From Theionarchaea archaeon (GTDB lineage Archaea > Methanobacteriota_B > Thermococci > Methanofastidiosales > SZ-28-30), in contig JACVGT010000002.1 in assembly GCA_018992685.1 (NCBI GenBank), positions 1 through 64,000 of the forward strand: a DNA stretch of 64,000 nt. The letters run 5' to 3'. Position 1 is the first letter of the stretch. The number at the start of each line of letters is the position of its first letter. Made by a program: the position numbers and the translations under genes. Positions 39,433 through 50,469 of this stretch are shown piece after piece. The notes under the pieces are model-generated. The model was not told where the DNA came from, ran no database searches, and saw nothing but the letters and a program-made list of their open reading frames with translations.

Positions 39433-39839
39433 GTTAATCACTTCCTTTCTTGCTGTGAGGTTGCTCTCTTTCCACAATGCAACCTCATACAGACACGTAT
39501 CTGGGTTCCTCTTCTTTCATGAATGTTATTATGGAGGATTAGACAACTCTTGGACAAAAAGGTTAGATTCATCAGGCCAGTTTTGACATTTTTCAGCAAA
39601 AATCATACATCTGAGGTATTGAAAATTCAAATAACCTGTTTCTAGAGACATAATGAACTAGATAATTCAATTGCCTGGATTGAGCATTGAGAACGAATGT
39701 CTAGGAATGTTAATTGTGAGGCCCTCGCTCGACTGTCATTTGAAAACATCAAGGCTTTCTGGGGACAACATCGAGGGATCATGGTATCATTAGGCGAGTT
39801 CCGGTGCCAGAAGCAGGTCTTCAATTGCAGGAAACACAG

Positions 39840-40928
39840 CTAATCCACATCTTCTGCAGCAATGCTGTCCCGATAGTTCTTCTTGATCCAGAGGTTCCGC
39901 ACAGGAATCAAGAGCCGAAATGCACCATTCAGGACTGGATTCGAAAATCTAATTGAAGCTTTTTTTTCCAGAAGAGTGCAGCCAATACGACGTTTCACAA
40001 TATAGGTTGTTGGACCGAAGTACATTCGTTTGCATCCTCGTCTGATCATTTCTCGAACTACCTCATAGCAAATGTTGAAGTAGGCATTATATTCTCTTCC
40101 GTATGTCTTTTCCACTCCAGAAATTGCCATAGATGCCAGATCGCCATCAAAGAAATAAATCCAGTATCCAAGCAATTTGTCCTCAAGGTAACAGCGCAGG
40201 ATGAACGCATAGTCACCAACATACTTTTCAAGTCCCTTGTAGAAATTCGAAGTGAAAGAAAGAGGATAGTTGTGTCCGTGTTCCAGAAGGTTGTCTCTGT
40301 GGAAACTAAATAGGAATTCTGCATCTGAGAAATCCTGGGAATGTTCCAGCCGAATTCCTCGTCTTTCTCCCTGGTTCAGAGTGTGTCGTATGTTCTTCTT
40401 TGATTTCCTCGGTAGTGATTTCAGGTAGTCCTTGAACGTCTTCCACCGGACATCAAGATATGTTGAGGGCGAGACCTCCAAGAGAGAGGTTTTTTTCTTG
40501 AGAAAGGACACATACGGCTCGTTGTCCACGTTGGCAATGACGATGGCTTTGGTGTGTTCCTTCCGTGCGGCATCCATCATGCTACCGTACAAAAGCGAGA
40601 GGATTGGTTCAGCAGGTTCCCCCTCTTTCACATGAATGCCGATTTCATCTGAGAAGGGGCACAAACAGGCGAGGCTTGACACATACACCCCTAGGATCGC
40701 CCTGTATGACAGAAAACAGACTGCAGATCCCACAAGCTGATCGTCCCGAGTGACGGTGAGGAAGTATGGGGAAATGCCTTCCCGGAGAGAATGCTCCAGG
40801 AGCTCCATCCACCTGTAGGTGTGGAAGGTTCTATTATTGACCACATTGTCCCATTCCTCTCGGGGAATCTCACTAATGTGATGGTGAACATGGGCTGTAA
40901 GGTTCATGGCTCTTTCACTATCCTTCAT
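39840..40928 (-). CDS. FemAB-like / GNAT-fold acyltransferase
   Basis: TFKDYLKSLPRKSKKNIR, YFNICYE, FGPTTYIVKRRIGC. Confidence 0.8.
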   Translation of the reverse strand: MKDSERAMNLTAHVHHHISEIPREEWDNVVNNRTFHTYRWMELLEHSLREGISPYFLTVTRDDQLVGSAVCFLSYRAILGVYVSSLACLCPFSDEIGIHVKEGEPAEPILSLLYGSMMDAARKEHTKAIVIANVDNEPYVSFLKKKTSLLEVSPSTYLDVRWKTFKDYLKSLPRKSKKNIRHTLNQGERRGIRLEHSQDFSDAEFLFSFHRDNLLEHGHNYPLSFTSNFYKGLEKYVGDYAFILRCYLEDKLLGYWIYFFDGDLASMAISGVEKTYGREYNAYFNICYEVVREMIRRGCKRMYFGPTTYIVKRRIGCTLLEKKASIRFSNPVLNGAFRLLIPVRNLWIKKNYRDSIAAEDVD

Positions 40929-41110
40929 GGAAGACTCTTCTCATTTCTCCTCTTAAAAGGTTTGGTCTCAGCCATTCAGGGCAACCTACCCGCATTCTCT
41001 GTGGATAGAACGCTCAGGTCTGCAGTGAACCTAGTTCTGACGAAAAGGTGAGAGGAGTGGAATGAAAAAGGTTATTATATGCCAAGGCCAGCTTTTGTCG
41101 GAGGAATCAC

Positions 41111-42643
41111 ATGATACGCACAGCATCATTTACTCGTGCTTTCCTTGAAACAGGACTGCCTGTCTGGCTACTTTTTGCTGCATTGCAGGTGGTTCAGGAA
41201 AATCGATCCCCCGGGATTATCGTCTTTTTCGCTCCTGTGTGGGGTGCTATTCGCCTTACCCAGCCCGATGGCTCATCCTGGAAGCGGCTGGAATACTACG
41301 TCAGATTCTGTTTGCTTCATGTTGCTGCAATGCTTGTGGTGATGTATGCAGCTGGATACGTCTCCTACGTGGCGGGGGCAATTCCAGAGCCACCCTCATG
41401 GACTTCTTTTAGCACTAACACATTTCTCTTGCTGACGATGATTATTATTCCGTTCGTTGCAGTGCGTGGGCTGCTATTCTTATGTGATTCATCTAGAGAA
41501 CCAGGATTTCCAGCGCAGTCCTTCTCAGAAGAAAGAGGAGAAAGAACCAGAATATTCGCTTTTGATGCAGTACGTGGGTGGGTGATGATCTTCATGGCCC
41601 TGGATCATGCGATGTACTTCTGCTATGTGCACATTTTTGCTGAAGGGTTTCAGAATTTACGGCCAGATCCCCTGCCTGATGCCATCCACTATTTGACCCG
41701 ATTTGTCACCCACTACTGTGCCCCGACATTTATCTTCTTGGCTGGCGTGAGCGTAGCTCTCTATGGTGCATCACGCAGATCATATATGACAGAGGGGCGC
41801 ATCACGAGACATCTGGTGACCCGGGGTGTTCTTCTCATCCTCTTACAGATGGTACTTGTGAACTGGGCATGGGGGTTCACCATCAGGGCCGGGCAGACTC
41901 TTGTGTACTTTGGAGTCCTGGCATGCATTGGATCAGGACTCGTCATACTGGCTCTCATAAGACGCGCCCCCTGCTCTCTGGTGATCATTGGCTCCGTGAT
42001 GTTACTGTTGATGATTCCGGTATTACTGAGTACCTTCGCTGTGCAGCCGGGAGCTGATCAGCCGCTTCTTGAAATCCTCCTGCAACCTGACACTGAAGGA
42101 TGGATTAGTTCTCTCTACCCAATTCTTCCCTGGTTCGGCGTTATGGGGCTGGGATACGGGGTCGGAGTGGTAGTAAGCAGAAAGCCCGAAAAGACCACGA
42201 GAGTGTTCCTGGTACTGGGGATTATTTTGCTGGTATCCTGGATTCTATTACGATTGGGTGGCGGCTACGGAAATCTGACCGTGTATCAGGGTGGAGACTG
42301 GAGGGATTTCATGCTCATGTCCAAGTATCCGCCCAGTCTCGTTTTCCTATGCTGGAATGTGGGGGGCATGGCACTGGCTATAGCTGTGCACAACTATTTC
42401 GGGAGGAGATTGCCTTTCAGAAGATTCTGGGACAGCGTTGTCCTCTTCGGTCAAACACCTCTATTCTTTTACGTGGTTCACCTGTACCTATACAGGACGC
42501 TTTCCCTGATCCCCGTTCTCAGAGGTTCCCTGGCTGCAGGATACGTGGCGTGGCTGGTGGGATTGATGGTGATGATCCTCCTTTGCAGACAGTACCAGAG
42601 GCTGCAGAAAGCTCACCCTGATAGTGTCCTCAAGTATGTATAA
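41111..42643 (+). CDS. DUF1624/HGSNAT-like membrane acyltransferase with N-terminal TM extension
   Basis: RIFAFDAVRGWVMIFMALDH, TRFVTHYCAPTFIFLAG, YPILPW, KYPPSL, PLFFYVVH. Confidence 0.85.
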   Translation: MIRTASFTRAFLETGLPVWLLFAALQVVQENRSPGIIVFFAPVWGAIRLTQPDGSSWKRLEYYVRFCLLHVAAMLVVMYAAGYVSYVAGAIPEPPSWTSFSTNTFLLLTMIIIPFVAVRGLLFLCDSSREPGFPAQSFSEERGERTRIFAFDAVRGWVMIFMALDHAMYFCYVHIFAEGFQNLRPDPLPDAIHYLTRFVTHYCAPTFIFLAGVSVALYGASRRSYMTEGRITRHLVTRGVLLILLQMVLVNWAWGFTIRAGQTLVYFGVLACIGSGLVILALIRRAPCSLVIIGSVMLLLMIPVLLSTFAVQPGADQPLLEILLQPDTEGWISSLYPILPWFGVMGLGYGVGVVVSRKPEKTTRVFLVLGIILLVSWILLRLGGGYGNLTVYQGGDWRDFMLMSKYPPSLVFLCWNVGGMALAIAVHNYFGRRLPFRRFWDSVVLFGQTPLFFYVVHLYLYRTLSLIPVLRGSLAAGYVAWLVGLMVMILLCRQYQRLQKAHPDSVLKYV

Positions 42644-42650
42644 GGGTATC

Positions 42651-42690
42651 ATGGCAATATCACTGCCATTTTCCAGTATGTACTGGAAAA
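42651..42690. repeat. Two abutting inverted repeats (possible terminator and/or operator)
   Basis: ATGGCA-N7-TGCCAT (42651-42669) and TTTTCCAGTA-TG-TACTGGAAAA (42669-42690). Confidence 0.6.
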
Positions 42691-42720
42691 CTATTTCAGG
42701 TAGGAATCAGAGAGAACTCT

Positions 42721-43599
42721 ATGACCGAAAAATCTCTTCCATCGCAGCATGAGACGCTGGCCCTCAAGTACTCACCGGAGCTGTACTACGCGGAGACAAG
42801 AGATCCTTTCAAAGATGTTTGCTCTGACGATTTTGGAGGGATTTACTGGAGAGCTGTAGAGAGCTCGGTTGCTTGGGCTGACGTGTGTATCCAGTACCTC
42901 CTGTATTTCAAAGAGCAGCACTGGGTCCCCAGTCCCCTTGATGGAATTCTGAGTAAGCTAGCGGGGAAGGGGGGAAAACTGCCTGGTAATCACCCCAATG
43001 ACTATGCTCCCATTTTTCTCTACTTCAAGGATGGACATCCAGTCAGAGCCGTCTTTGACGTCTGCCACTATGAGGCTGTGGGAGTTCTGGCTGAAGGCTC
43101 TGGATTTCTTCCTCCTGATTCGAAGCTGAAATTCCAGATAACAAACTTCTACAGAGGGCTCAGGCCATTGACAGAGAGTGAAGACCTTACCTATCTTCAA
43201 GAAAGTTTTGTTCCCCGTCTTTTGAGTCAGGAGCGTCTCGAAGATTGGTGGGAAGGGCTCACAGTTTCTGGAACATTTCAGGAGGCTGCAAAGCTCATAA
43301 TCAGAGAGAAGATCCATAATCCGTTCCAGGAAATATCCACCTTTCGCGACATTGGAAGTAAGCTTGGAAAAATCTTTGATTTAATATTCCGTTCGACAGA
43401 GAACATACCTGTGATTAGAGTCTCGACTGGGGATACAGGAATTGTTTCCGAGATACAGGAAAAAATGCCTGATAGAGACGATATTTCTGAAGAAGATATC
43501 AAAGGAGTACTGAGATTTGCAGAAGAGCATGTCTTGGAGGATCCTCATGCATCAAACTATCTCCCTGTGGGGAGACACGACAAAGCATACCCTATGTGA
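42721..43599 (+). CDS. Hypothetical protein
   Basis: 292-aa ORF; HPNDY and CHYE could be active-site-like; no family assigned. Confidence 0.6.
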   Translation: MTEKSLPSQHETLALKYSPELYYAETRDPFKDVCSDDFGGIYWRAVESSVAWADVCIQYLLYFKEQHWVPSPLDGILSKLAGKGGKLPGNHPNDYAPIFLYFKDGHPVRAVFDVCHYEAVGVLAEGSGFLPPDSKLKFQITNFYRGLRPLTESEDLTYLQESFVPRLLSQERLEDWWEGLTVSGTFQEAAKLIIREKIHNPFQEISTFRDIGSKLGKIFDLIFRSTENIPVIRVSTGDTGIVSEIQEKMPDRDDISEEDIKGVLRFAEEHVLEDPHASNYLPVGRHDKAYPM

Positions 43600-43648
43600 C
43601 GCTCTCAGAGCCAGCAGTGATCAAGAAACCACGCAGAAAACCTTCACT

Positions 43649-44341
43649 CTACTCGTCATCCCTGAAAGCGATCCTTTTGTATGGGTTCCCCCACCGTTCG
43701 CAATAGAACACTGATTCTAGCGGAAATCGGGAAGGGCCCAACATTCTCGGGATTTTGGGAACACCAATGGACAAGGTGGCTACAGGTATCCATGTGCGAG
43801 GGACACCAATTTTCTCACAGAGTAGTTCACACCGTCTCGGTTCCATGACAGGAAGGGCCTGGTATCCAGCGCCATACCCTAGTGCATGGGCAGCATACCA
43901 CATGTTCAGAATCCCCATGGCGACTACAATAGACCCGAAGTACTCCAGCTCATAAATCAACGGGGAGTCATGGAACGTCTCACTTCCACAGCCGATAATC
44001 ACGACGTCTGCATCTTGTGGGTACTCGAAGAGGTCGCCACGTCGCATGTCCTCAAACGTAGCTGGCCTGTTATGATCCGGCACATACCATATCCTGCCCT
44101 GAGTTATCTCATAGGGGGCTGACCCGAATAATTCGCTGGCTGCCTGCCTGGACACATCTGCCACGAATTTCTTTAGCTCCTGGTCTTCCCTAATAACAAC
44201 GTACCGCCACATTTGCATGTTTTCTGGGCTGGGAGCATATCGAGCAGCATCCAGGATTTTCTCCAGATCATCATCAGGGATCTTCTCTCCCGTGAAGTCC
44301 CGAATACTTCTTCTTGTTCTGACAGCTTCAAAGACATCCAT
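43649..44341 (-). CDS. Nitroreductase-family flavoprotein
   Basis: RRSIRDF, ARYAPSPENMQMWRYVVI, AHALGYG. Confidence 0.9.
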   Translation of the reverse strand: MDVFEAVRTRRSIRDFTGEKIPDDDLEKILDAARYAPSPENMQMWRYVVIREDQELKKFVADVSRQAASELFGSAPYEITQGRIWYVPDHNRPATFEDMRRGDLFEYPQDADVVIIGCGSETFHDSPLIYELEYFGSIVVAMGILNMWYAAHALGYGAGYQALPVMEPRRCELLCEKIGVPRTWIPVATLSIGVPKIPRMLGPSRFPLESVFYCERWGNPYKRIAFRDDE

Positions 44342-44612
44342 AATGAATCCTCCTGTCGCTTGCTTGCAGGTGGCTCACAGACAATCCAACACTATATAAT
44401 AGTATGCATGACTCCGGTCGTGTCACGTACTTCCACAGTCATCCACTCCACAGCAACCCAAGAGGGAGGGAATGCGATCCGCTGAAAAGCCAGGAAGACA
44501 ACTGCCACCTAGAAATGACCTGGGTCCTTCTCAGGGTTAAGAAAAGGAATCGACAGCATGCCAGAATCGTACCAACCCTTTTCTTGGATGCCCACCAATA
44601 GCAGATGATACC

Positions 44613-45017
44613 ATGAATGATCAGGAACTGATGAGCGCAGCGAGAAAGGCAGTTGAAACCTCCTACTCCCCATACAGCATGATTCAGGTAGGTGCAGCCC
44701 TGATAACCAAGGGTAATGAAGTTTTCACCGGCTGTAACGTCGAAAATGTCTCCTACTCACTTTCCATGTGCGCAGAGAGGATTGCTGTCTTCACCGCGGT
44801 TCTGCACGGAATGAAACCAGGAGAACTCACGAAGATTGCGGTGGCGGGAAAGACCTCAGATGGCCAATGGCAGTCCTGTCCCCCCTGCGGGGCGTGCAGG
44901 CAGGTCATTTGGGAATTCGCTGAAAGCCCTGAAACTCCCATCATATACCAGGATAGAGAAGAGGTGAAATCTAAGTCCATTGGCGAACTGCTCCCCGATG
45001 GGTTTGACCTCAGGTGA
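44613..45017 (+). CDS. cdd: Cytidine deaminase
   Basis: YSPYS, GCNVEN, CAER, PCGACRQ, ELLP. Confidence 0.93.
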   Translation: MNDQELMSAARKAVETSYSPYSMIQVGAALITKGNEVFTGCNVENVSYSLSMCAERIAVFTAVLHGMKPGELTKIAVAGKTSDGQWQSCPPCGACRQVIWEFAESPETPIIYQDREEVKSKSIGELLPDGFDLR

Positions 45018-45023
45018 TCCAGC

Positions 45024-46214
45024 CTATCTTTCATATACTACTTTACCTTTCTTTACTACCATGTCGACCAGGTTGATCCCAAAGTGGTATCCCATGTGTT
45101 TGTAATTGGGTATATCCAGAACAATGATATCAGCTTGGGTTCCCACTTCCAGCGACCCGATGTCCTCTCTGCCTACCGAATACGCAGCATTCACCGTGGC
45201 TGCTGCAATAGCTTCAGCGGGAGTCATTCTCATTTTTATGCAGGCCAGACTGATCATGAACTGCATGGACTCTGTCATACAGTTGGGATTGAAGTCAGTA
45301 GCTAATCCCACAAGGGCTCCTGCTTCAATCATCCGCCGAGCATCAGGGTACTTCCCGTTCAAGACAAAAGGTGTTCCAGGCAGCAGTATCGCAGCAGTCT
45401 GGCTCTCTGCCAGGGTCTGGATGCCGGCTTCAGTGGTGTTCTCCAGATGATCTGCTGACAGACACTTCAGGTCAGCTGCCAGTTCAGCCCCTCCAGAAGA
45501 GAATTCATCCACGTGCAGACGAGGACGCAACCCATGATGTCGGGCAGCCTCAACAATCTCTCTTGTCTGTGCAAATGAAAATACTCCTTCTTCACAGAAA
45601 ACATCCACAAATTCTGCCAGTGGAGCTGCATGTGGAAGGATATTCTCAATTACGTACTGCGTATAGTCTCCAGAGTACCCTTTTGGTACAGCGTGGACCA
45701 AATAAGTAGGTATGCGTTCGACACAGTGCTCAATCTCGCCAATGCATTCCAGTGATTTGACTTCTGTTTCCAGATCAAGGCCATACCCTGACTTTGCTTC
45801 AATCGTGGTGGTTCCGTACTGCAGCATGCGGGTCAATGTCTTCACTGCACGCTTCTTCAGTTCCTCTTTGGTGGCCTTCCGTGTCTTATCAACGGTATAG
45901 TAGATTCCTCCTCCAGCTTTCATAATTTCCATGTATGGCTTCCCTTCAATCTTCATTTGGAACTCTTCTTCACGAGTTCCATCGAAAATCAAGTGAGTAT
46001 GGGGGTCTACAAATCCTGGCATGACTACTTTTCCCTCTGCATCAATGACCTCTCCTGCACAATCAATGCGTGACGACTTTCCTACTGCAGCTATGGTCTC
46101 TCCTTCTACAGCGACTGCACCCTTCTGTATGATAGACAGGTCTCTCATTCTCTCTTTTCTTCTGGGTCCACCTCTTAGCGTGAGGAGCTCTGATGCATTC
46201 TTGATGACGAGCAT
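45024..46214 (-). CDS. hutI: Imidazolonepropionase
   Basis: PGFVDPHTH, GGGI, EAKSGYGL, DVFCE, HVDE, ADHL, ATDFNP; start at ATG 46214. Confidence 0.92.
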   Translation of the reverse strand: MLVIKNASELLTLRGGPRRKERMRDLSIIQKGAVAVEGETIAAVGKSSRIDCAGEVIDAEGKVVMPGFVDPHTHLIFDGTREEEFQMKIEGKPYMEIMKAGGGIYYTVDKTRKATKEELKKRAVKTLTRMLQYGTTTIEAKSGYGLDLETEVKSLECIGEIEHCVERIPTYLVHAVPKGYSGDYTQYVIENILPHAAPLAEFVDVFCEEGVFSFAQTREIVEAARHHGLRPRLHVDEFSSGGAELAADLKCLSADHLENTTEAGIQTLAESQTAAILLPGTPFVLNGKYPDARRMIEAGALVGLATDFNPNCMTESMQFMISLACIKMRMTPAEAIAAATVNAAYSVGREDIGSLEVGTQADIIVLDIPNYKHMGYHFGINLVDMVVKKGKVVYER

Positions 46215-46305
46215 GATTCCACCTACAAACCAGGTACCTATAACAGTTTTGCCGGAGCCAAAGCCAGAGATTCGATCATCTGCAGATGTGACTCTTCCAG
46301 CAGAG

Positions 46306-46869
46306 TTACACCTTCGTGGTCTCGGGCATGAATTCATTCTCCAGAATGCTCATCATGATAAAATCATGATAGTGATGGTCGTAGTAGTACCCATCCCTTT
46401 GAATACCTTCCGTTTCGAACCCAACTTTCTGGTAGAATTGTACCGCTCTCTCGTTGAAGCCTACCACCCCAACAGCTACCCTGTGGAAATTCAAGTATCC
46501 AAACGCATAGTCAAGCAGAAGGAGTATGGCTTCTGTCCCGTATCCCTTTCCCCAGCAATCTTTCTCTCCAATAATGAGTGTTAGATCCGTAGTCCTCCAG
46601 AAATGGAACATTCTCAAAAGGCCTGCTTCTCCGATGACGCGATCATTTTCTTTCAAGACTACAGAAAACCATACTCTCTCTTTTTCGGTGGATATCTTTT
46701 TCAAGAATTCTGTGGCCTGGCTCATGTTCATGGGCAGAACCTCACCAGTTAGCTTCCGTATCTCAGAATCATTTGCCCACTGACACAATAGCGGGAGGTC
46801 ATCTGGCTCCATGGCTCTGAGGAAGATTTTTTCTCCCACAAGAAAAGGATTATGAATGTTCTCTGACAT
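46306..46869 (-). CDS. RimJ/RimL-type GNAT acetyltransferase
   Basis: WGKGYGTEA, NERAVQFYQKVGF. Confidence 0.88.
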   Translation of the reverse strand: MSENIHNPFLVGEKIFLRAMEPDDLPLLCQWANDSEIRKLTGEVLPMNMSQATEFLKKISTEKERVWFSVVLKENDRVIGEAGLLRMFHFWRTTDLTLIIGEKDCWGKGYGTEAILLLLDYAFGYLNFHRVAVGVVGFNERAVQFYQKVGFETEGIQRDGYYYDHHYHDFIMMSILENEFMPETTKV

Positions 46870-47153
46870 GGATTCCCCTTGATTGCTGTACAAAAAAACC
46901 TTTAGTTCGTCACGTCAGCTATGCCTGATGACCCACATTGTAGATCAATACAACCGTAATCTCCCGGTTCTTTGCTGTTCACCCCTGAAACCCTTGACAC
47001 TCTTTGTGGATTCTTTTCTTGAAATTGCTCATTCGATTCACGGTGGATAATTCTGGAGCACAAGAAAAACACTGGACGATTCTCAAGGGTTGTGACCTCC
47101 ATCCTAGCAGGATGAACCAGAAGAGTCATATATAGTGGTGGAGAATATGCTGC

Positions 47154-48200
47154 ATGAAGAACAGGTTACGTGTGATCACATTCATTTTGATGGTTCTCGC
47201 GGTGGCAGCCGCATCTGATTTGTCTCTTGTACAAGGAGATTCTGTGGGAAAAAATGTGCCCAGAGAAGACAGATGGGGAATATACGCTTTAGATCTTGCC
47301 ACTGAGGAGATTTCTTTAATTTACAGCTCTCCCATGAAGATATCTGGACTCCAATTGAATGGGAAGGGAGATACTTTTGTCTTTTCTCAGGCATTCGGTG
47401 ATGCGAGTGGTCAGGAGGAGATTTGCAGCATACGAAGTGATGGAGAAAACGTCAGAAGATTGACCAACAACACTCTCATGGATACGTATCCTTGTTGGTC
47501 ACCTGATGGCAAGAAGATTGCATTTCTTTCCTTCAGGGATACTCTGGACATCTATGTCATGAATCAGGACGGGAGTGAGGTGACCCTCCTGTATGATTCG
47601 GGCTCCCATGACGGGGACATCCACTGGGCTGGTGAGACTATTGTCTTTACCAGGGACAACCGGATATGGATGATGAACCAGGATGGAACAGGTGCCCGTC
47701 CTGTAACTGATCCACCCCGTGCAGGGGAATGGGGAAAGGCTGTCCTTCCTTTTGGAGATTACGATCCCCGACTGAGTCCTGATGGTAAAAGAATTGTCTT
47801 CGAACGGTTGGTTGATGATGAGACTCGCCACGGTAACTACAATCTGTACTGCATCAGTATTGATTCTTCTTCAGAACAGGCCCTGACCTCCACAGGGTAC
47901 ACTCAGGGAATGGCAACCTGGTCTCATGACGGAAGCAGAATAGCCTATGTGGTCACAGCAGTTGGAGAAAAGGGCGTATACCGCATCTACATGATGAACG
48001 CGGATGGAACGGACCAGAGTGATGTGACGCCTGAGTACTTCCCCGAGGCATTTCTCTGCCATGCAGGATGGTTTTCCCCTGATGACACGGTCTTCTTCTT
48101 CGTGGGAGAATGGTGGGAAGGAGAATCGGCATGGGGGATAGGGTTGACAGTAGCTGGATTGCTACTGTTGCTGATAATGAGGACTCATCTCGCACGATGA
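47154..48200 (+). CDS. Secreted TolB-like (PD40) beta-propeller with C-terminal TM
   Basis: WSPDGKKIAF, LSPDGKRIVF, WSHDGSRIAY repeats; signal peptide. Confidence 0.85.
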   Translation: MKNRLRVITFILMVLAVAAASDLSLVQGDSVGKNVPREDRWGIYALDLATEEISLIYSSPMKISGLQLNGKGDTFVFSQAFGDASGQEEICSIRSDGENVRRLTNNTLMDTYPCWSPDGKKIAFLSFRDTLDIYVMNQDGSEVTLLYDSGSHDGDIHWAGETIVFTRDNRIWMMNQDGTGARPVTDPPRAGEWGKAVLPFGDYDPRLSPDGKRIVFERLVDDETRHGNYNLYCISIDSSSEQALTSTGYTQGMATWSHDGSRIAYVVTAVGEKGVYRIYMMNADGTDQSDVTPEYFPEAFLCHAGWFSPDDTVFFFVGEWWEGESAWGIGLTVAGLLLLLIMRTHLAR

Positions 48201-48309
48201 GATGCAAAAGCGACAGGATACAACCGAGAAACAGAACGCATTCTAAGAAAAAGAAAAGGGAATACTTCCAGTGTATCTAACTCTGTGAATTCCTGATTCT
48301 CTAGACCTT

Positions 48310-49986
48310 TTAATGGACAACCCAGGGCAGCTTCTCGGGTGCAATCTCATGGAGTCTCATGGTGTGAGCATCAATAAAAGTTGGCTCGTCGGTCTTCAGT
48401 GCCATTTTCAAGGCTTCTTCAAATTCCCTGTCCGTCTCTGCAACAGAGGATGACAATCCCAGTGATTCTGCAACACCATCGTACTTCACCTCAGGCAAGT
48501 CCACTGAGAGGTACTTCTGTTCCTTCCGGTATTTCAAGTGGACCTTTATCCAGCCATACTCATTGTTATGGAAGAGAATGACCACAGCAGGAATCTGTTC
48601 TCTCGCCACACTGGCGAGTTCAGCCATGCTGACCAACATGCTTCCGTCTCCTGTCAAAGAGATGATCCGCGACGAGGGACGTCCTTTATGTGCCCCTACG
48701 GCGCCCGGGATGGCATACCCCAGAGAACCAAACGCTCGGGGACTCAGGAACATCCTTCTCGCTCTGGAAGGATAAAATGAGGCAAAATACGGGGTAGGTG
48801 TTCCTGCATCAGCAACCAGAATCACGTCCTCAGGCAAAAGCTTCTTACATGTTTTCACAACAGTCAGAGGATGTATGGATCTCGAAACACTCGGATCTGC
48901 CAGTTCAGCTTCTTTCCATGCAGTGATGGTTTCATTCAGCCTTTCACTTCTTCCTGCATCTTTTCTCATTTTCGTCTCCAGCCCTCGTACCAGAATCTCT
49001 AGGACGCTTCGTGCATCTCCCACCAGTCCGCAGCTCACATCGTAGTTTCTCCCTATCTCTTGAGGATCAATGTCTATTTGGATGATCTTTCTCCTTCCAT
49101 CATTTGGAGGTGTGTGCCAGTGACTGGTGACGACAGAACCCGTCTGTGTTCCTACAAAGATCACCAGATCGGCCTCATTCAACATCACATTCGCAGCAGG
49201 ACTTCCTCCATTCTCTCCCACCACTCCCGCGCTGAGTGGATGTTCCTCATCCATGCTCCCTTTGCCAGTTATGCTGGTTCCCACCAGGCTGCCCGTGATC
49301 ACAGCAAACTCCTCAAGTGCCTCATACGCCTGGGAAAGGTGAATACCTCCGCCTGCCACCACGAAGGGAGTCTCCGATTCCATAATGATGTTCAGTGCTT
49401 CACTTACATCATCAGTGGAAGGACAAATCCGGACTGCAGGAAGGGATGTATACAGCCTTCTGAATGCTTTCCTTTCTGCAGAACCCTCACAACCAAGAAC
49501 ATCCATGGGAAAACTGATGTGGACTGCTCCTGGCTTTCCTGTGGTGGCTTCTCTGAAGGCATTTCTCACTGTTTCAGGTATCTTTTCCGCCTGAGTAACT
49601 ACCGTGCTCCACTTGGTAGCATCTTCGAAAAAATGCACCTGATCCATTTCAGTGAGCACGGCCTTTCCTTTCCCTGCAACTGGTATGTCTGTGTTTATGG
49701 CAACCATTGGCAGTGATGAATAATGAGCTTCATACAACCCAGGTATAATATACGATGCTCCTCCGCCGGAAGGTCCTTCACACACGCCCGGCCTGTTGGT
49801 GATCCTGGCATAGGCATCTGCCATGTATGCTGCATTTCGTTCATCGGTGGCCAACACGTGGCAGATTTCATCCTCCGCATCATACAGGGCCTCGTAAAGA
49901 TCCAGGCTGGTATCTCCTGGCAGTCCAAAAATGTACCTCACTTCGTGCTCTATCAACGATTCAACCAGAAGTGCAGCTCCTTTCAT
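48310..49986 (-). CDS. Thiamine-diphosphate enzyme, acetolactate synthase large subunit-like
   Basis: FGLPG, DERNAAYMADAYAR, GDGS...NN ThDP motif; no small subunit nearby. Confidence 0.85.
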   Translation of the reverse strand: MKGAALLVESLIEHEVRYIFGLPGDTSLDLYEALYDAEDEICHVLATDERNAAYMADAYARITNRPGVCEGPSGGGASYIIPGLYEAHYSSLPMVAINTDIPVAGKGKAVLTEMDQVHFFEDATKWSTVVTQAEKIPETVRNAFREATTGKPGAVHISFPMDVLGCEGSAERKAFRRLYTSLPAVRICPSTDDVSEALNIIMESETPFVVAGGGIHLSQAYEALEEFAVITGSLVGTSITGKGSMDEEHPLSAGVVGENGGSPAANVMLNEADLVIFVGTQTGSVVTSHWHTPPNDGRRKIIQIDIDPQEIGRNYDVSCGLVGDARSVLEILVRGLETKMRKDAGRSERLNETITAWKEAELADPSVSRSIHPLTVVKTCKKLLPEDVILVADAGTPTPYFASFYPSRARRMFLSPRAFGSLGYAIPGAVGAHKGRPSSRIISLTGDGSMLVSMAELASVAREQIPAVVILFHNNEYGWIKVHLKYRKEQKYLSVDLPEVKYDGVAESLGLSSSVAETDREFEEALKMALKTDEPTFIDAHTMRLHEIAPEKLPWVVH

Positions 49987-50469
49987 GCTATCACATTCCT
50001 CCTTTGGGGATTCCATTTAGAGACAGCCCCCTTAAAATGTTATTGCCATACTATTTTGGGAAATCTCCAGGTCAGGTGATCTGACAGAGACGCAGCAACC
50101 ACCCATTACTGGAATCCTCACGAATCGCGAGGCCTCTGTGATGAAAACCTCCTTCAAAGCATCCAGCATCTCTAAGGAAACTCTGGAGGAAGGAATACAC
50201 ACCATCACACACTCTAATCTGCAAAAGAACCTGAAGAAGAGCATATTCTCATCTCCATACAATCATGCCCGGGAATTTTTCCATGTTCTCACAAGATGAC
50301 CCCTGCTGATACCTTTCACTGAGTTTAATATAGTGTTACCAGAATATTCTGGGAAAATTCATAAGAACTTCCATTCCCTCTGCTGAATGAGGATGATCCT
50401 GACAGTAAATGCTGCAGGTGACACAAACACCATAGTGTCAAAACACAGATGAGGAAAGGAGGACTGAAA

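Noticed and set aside
41111-42643. DUF1624 acyltransferase as part of the RiPP cluster
   Set aside because: Divergently transcribed with its own TATA-like element; no evidence of linkage.
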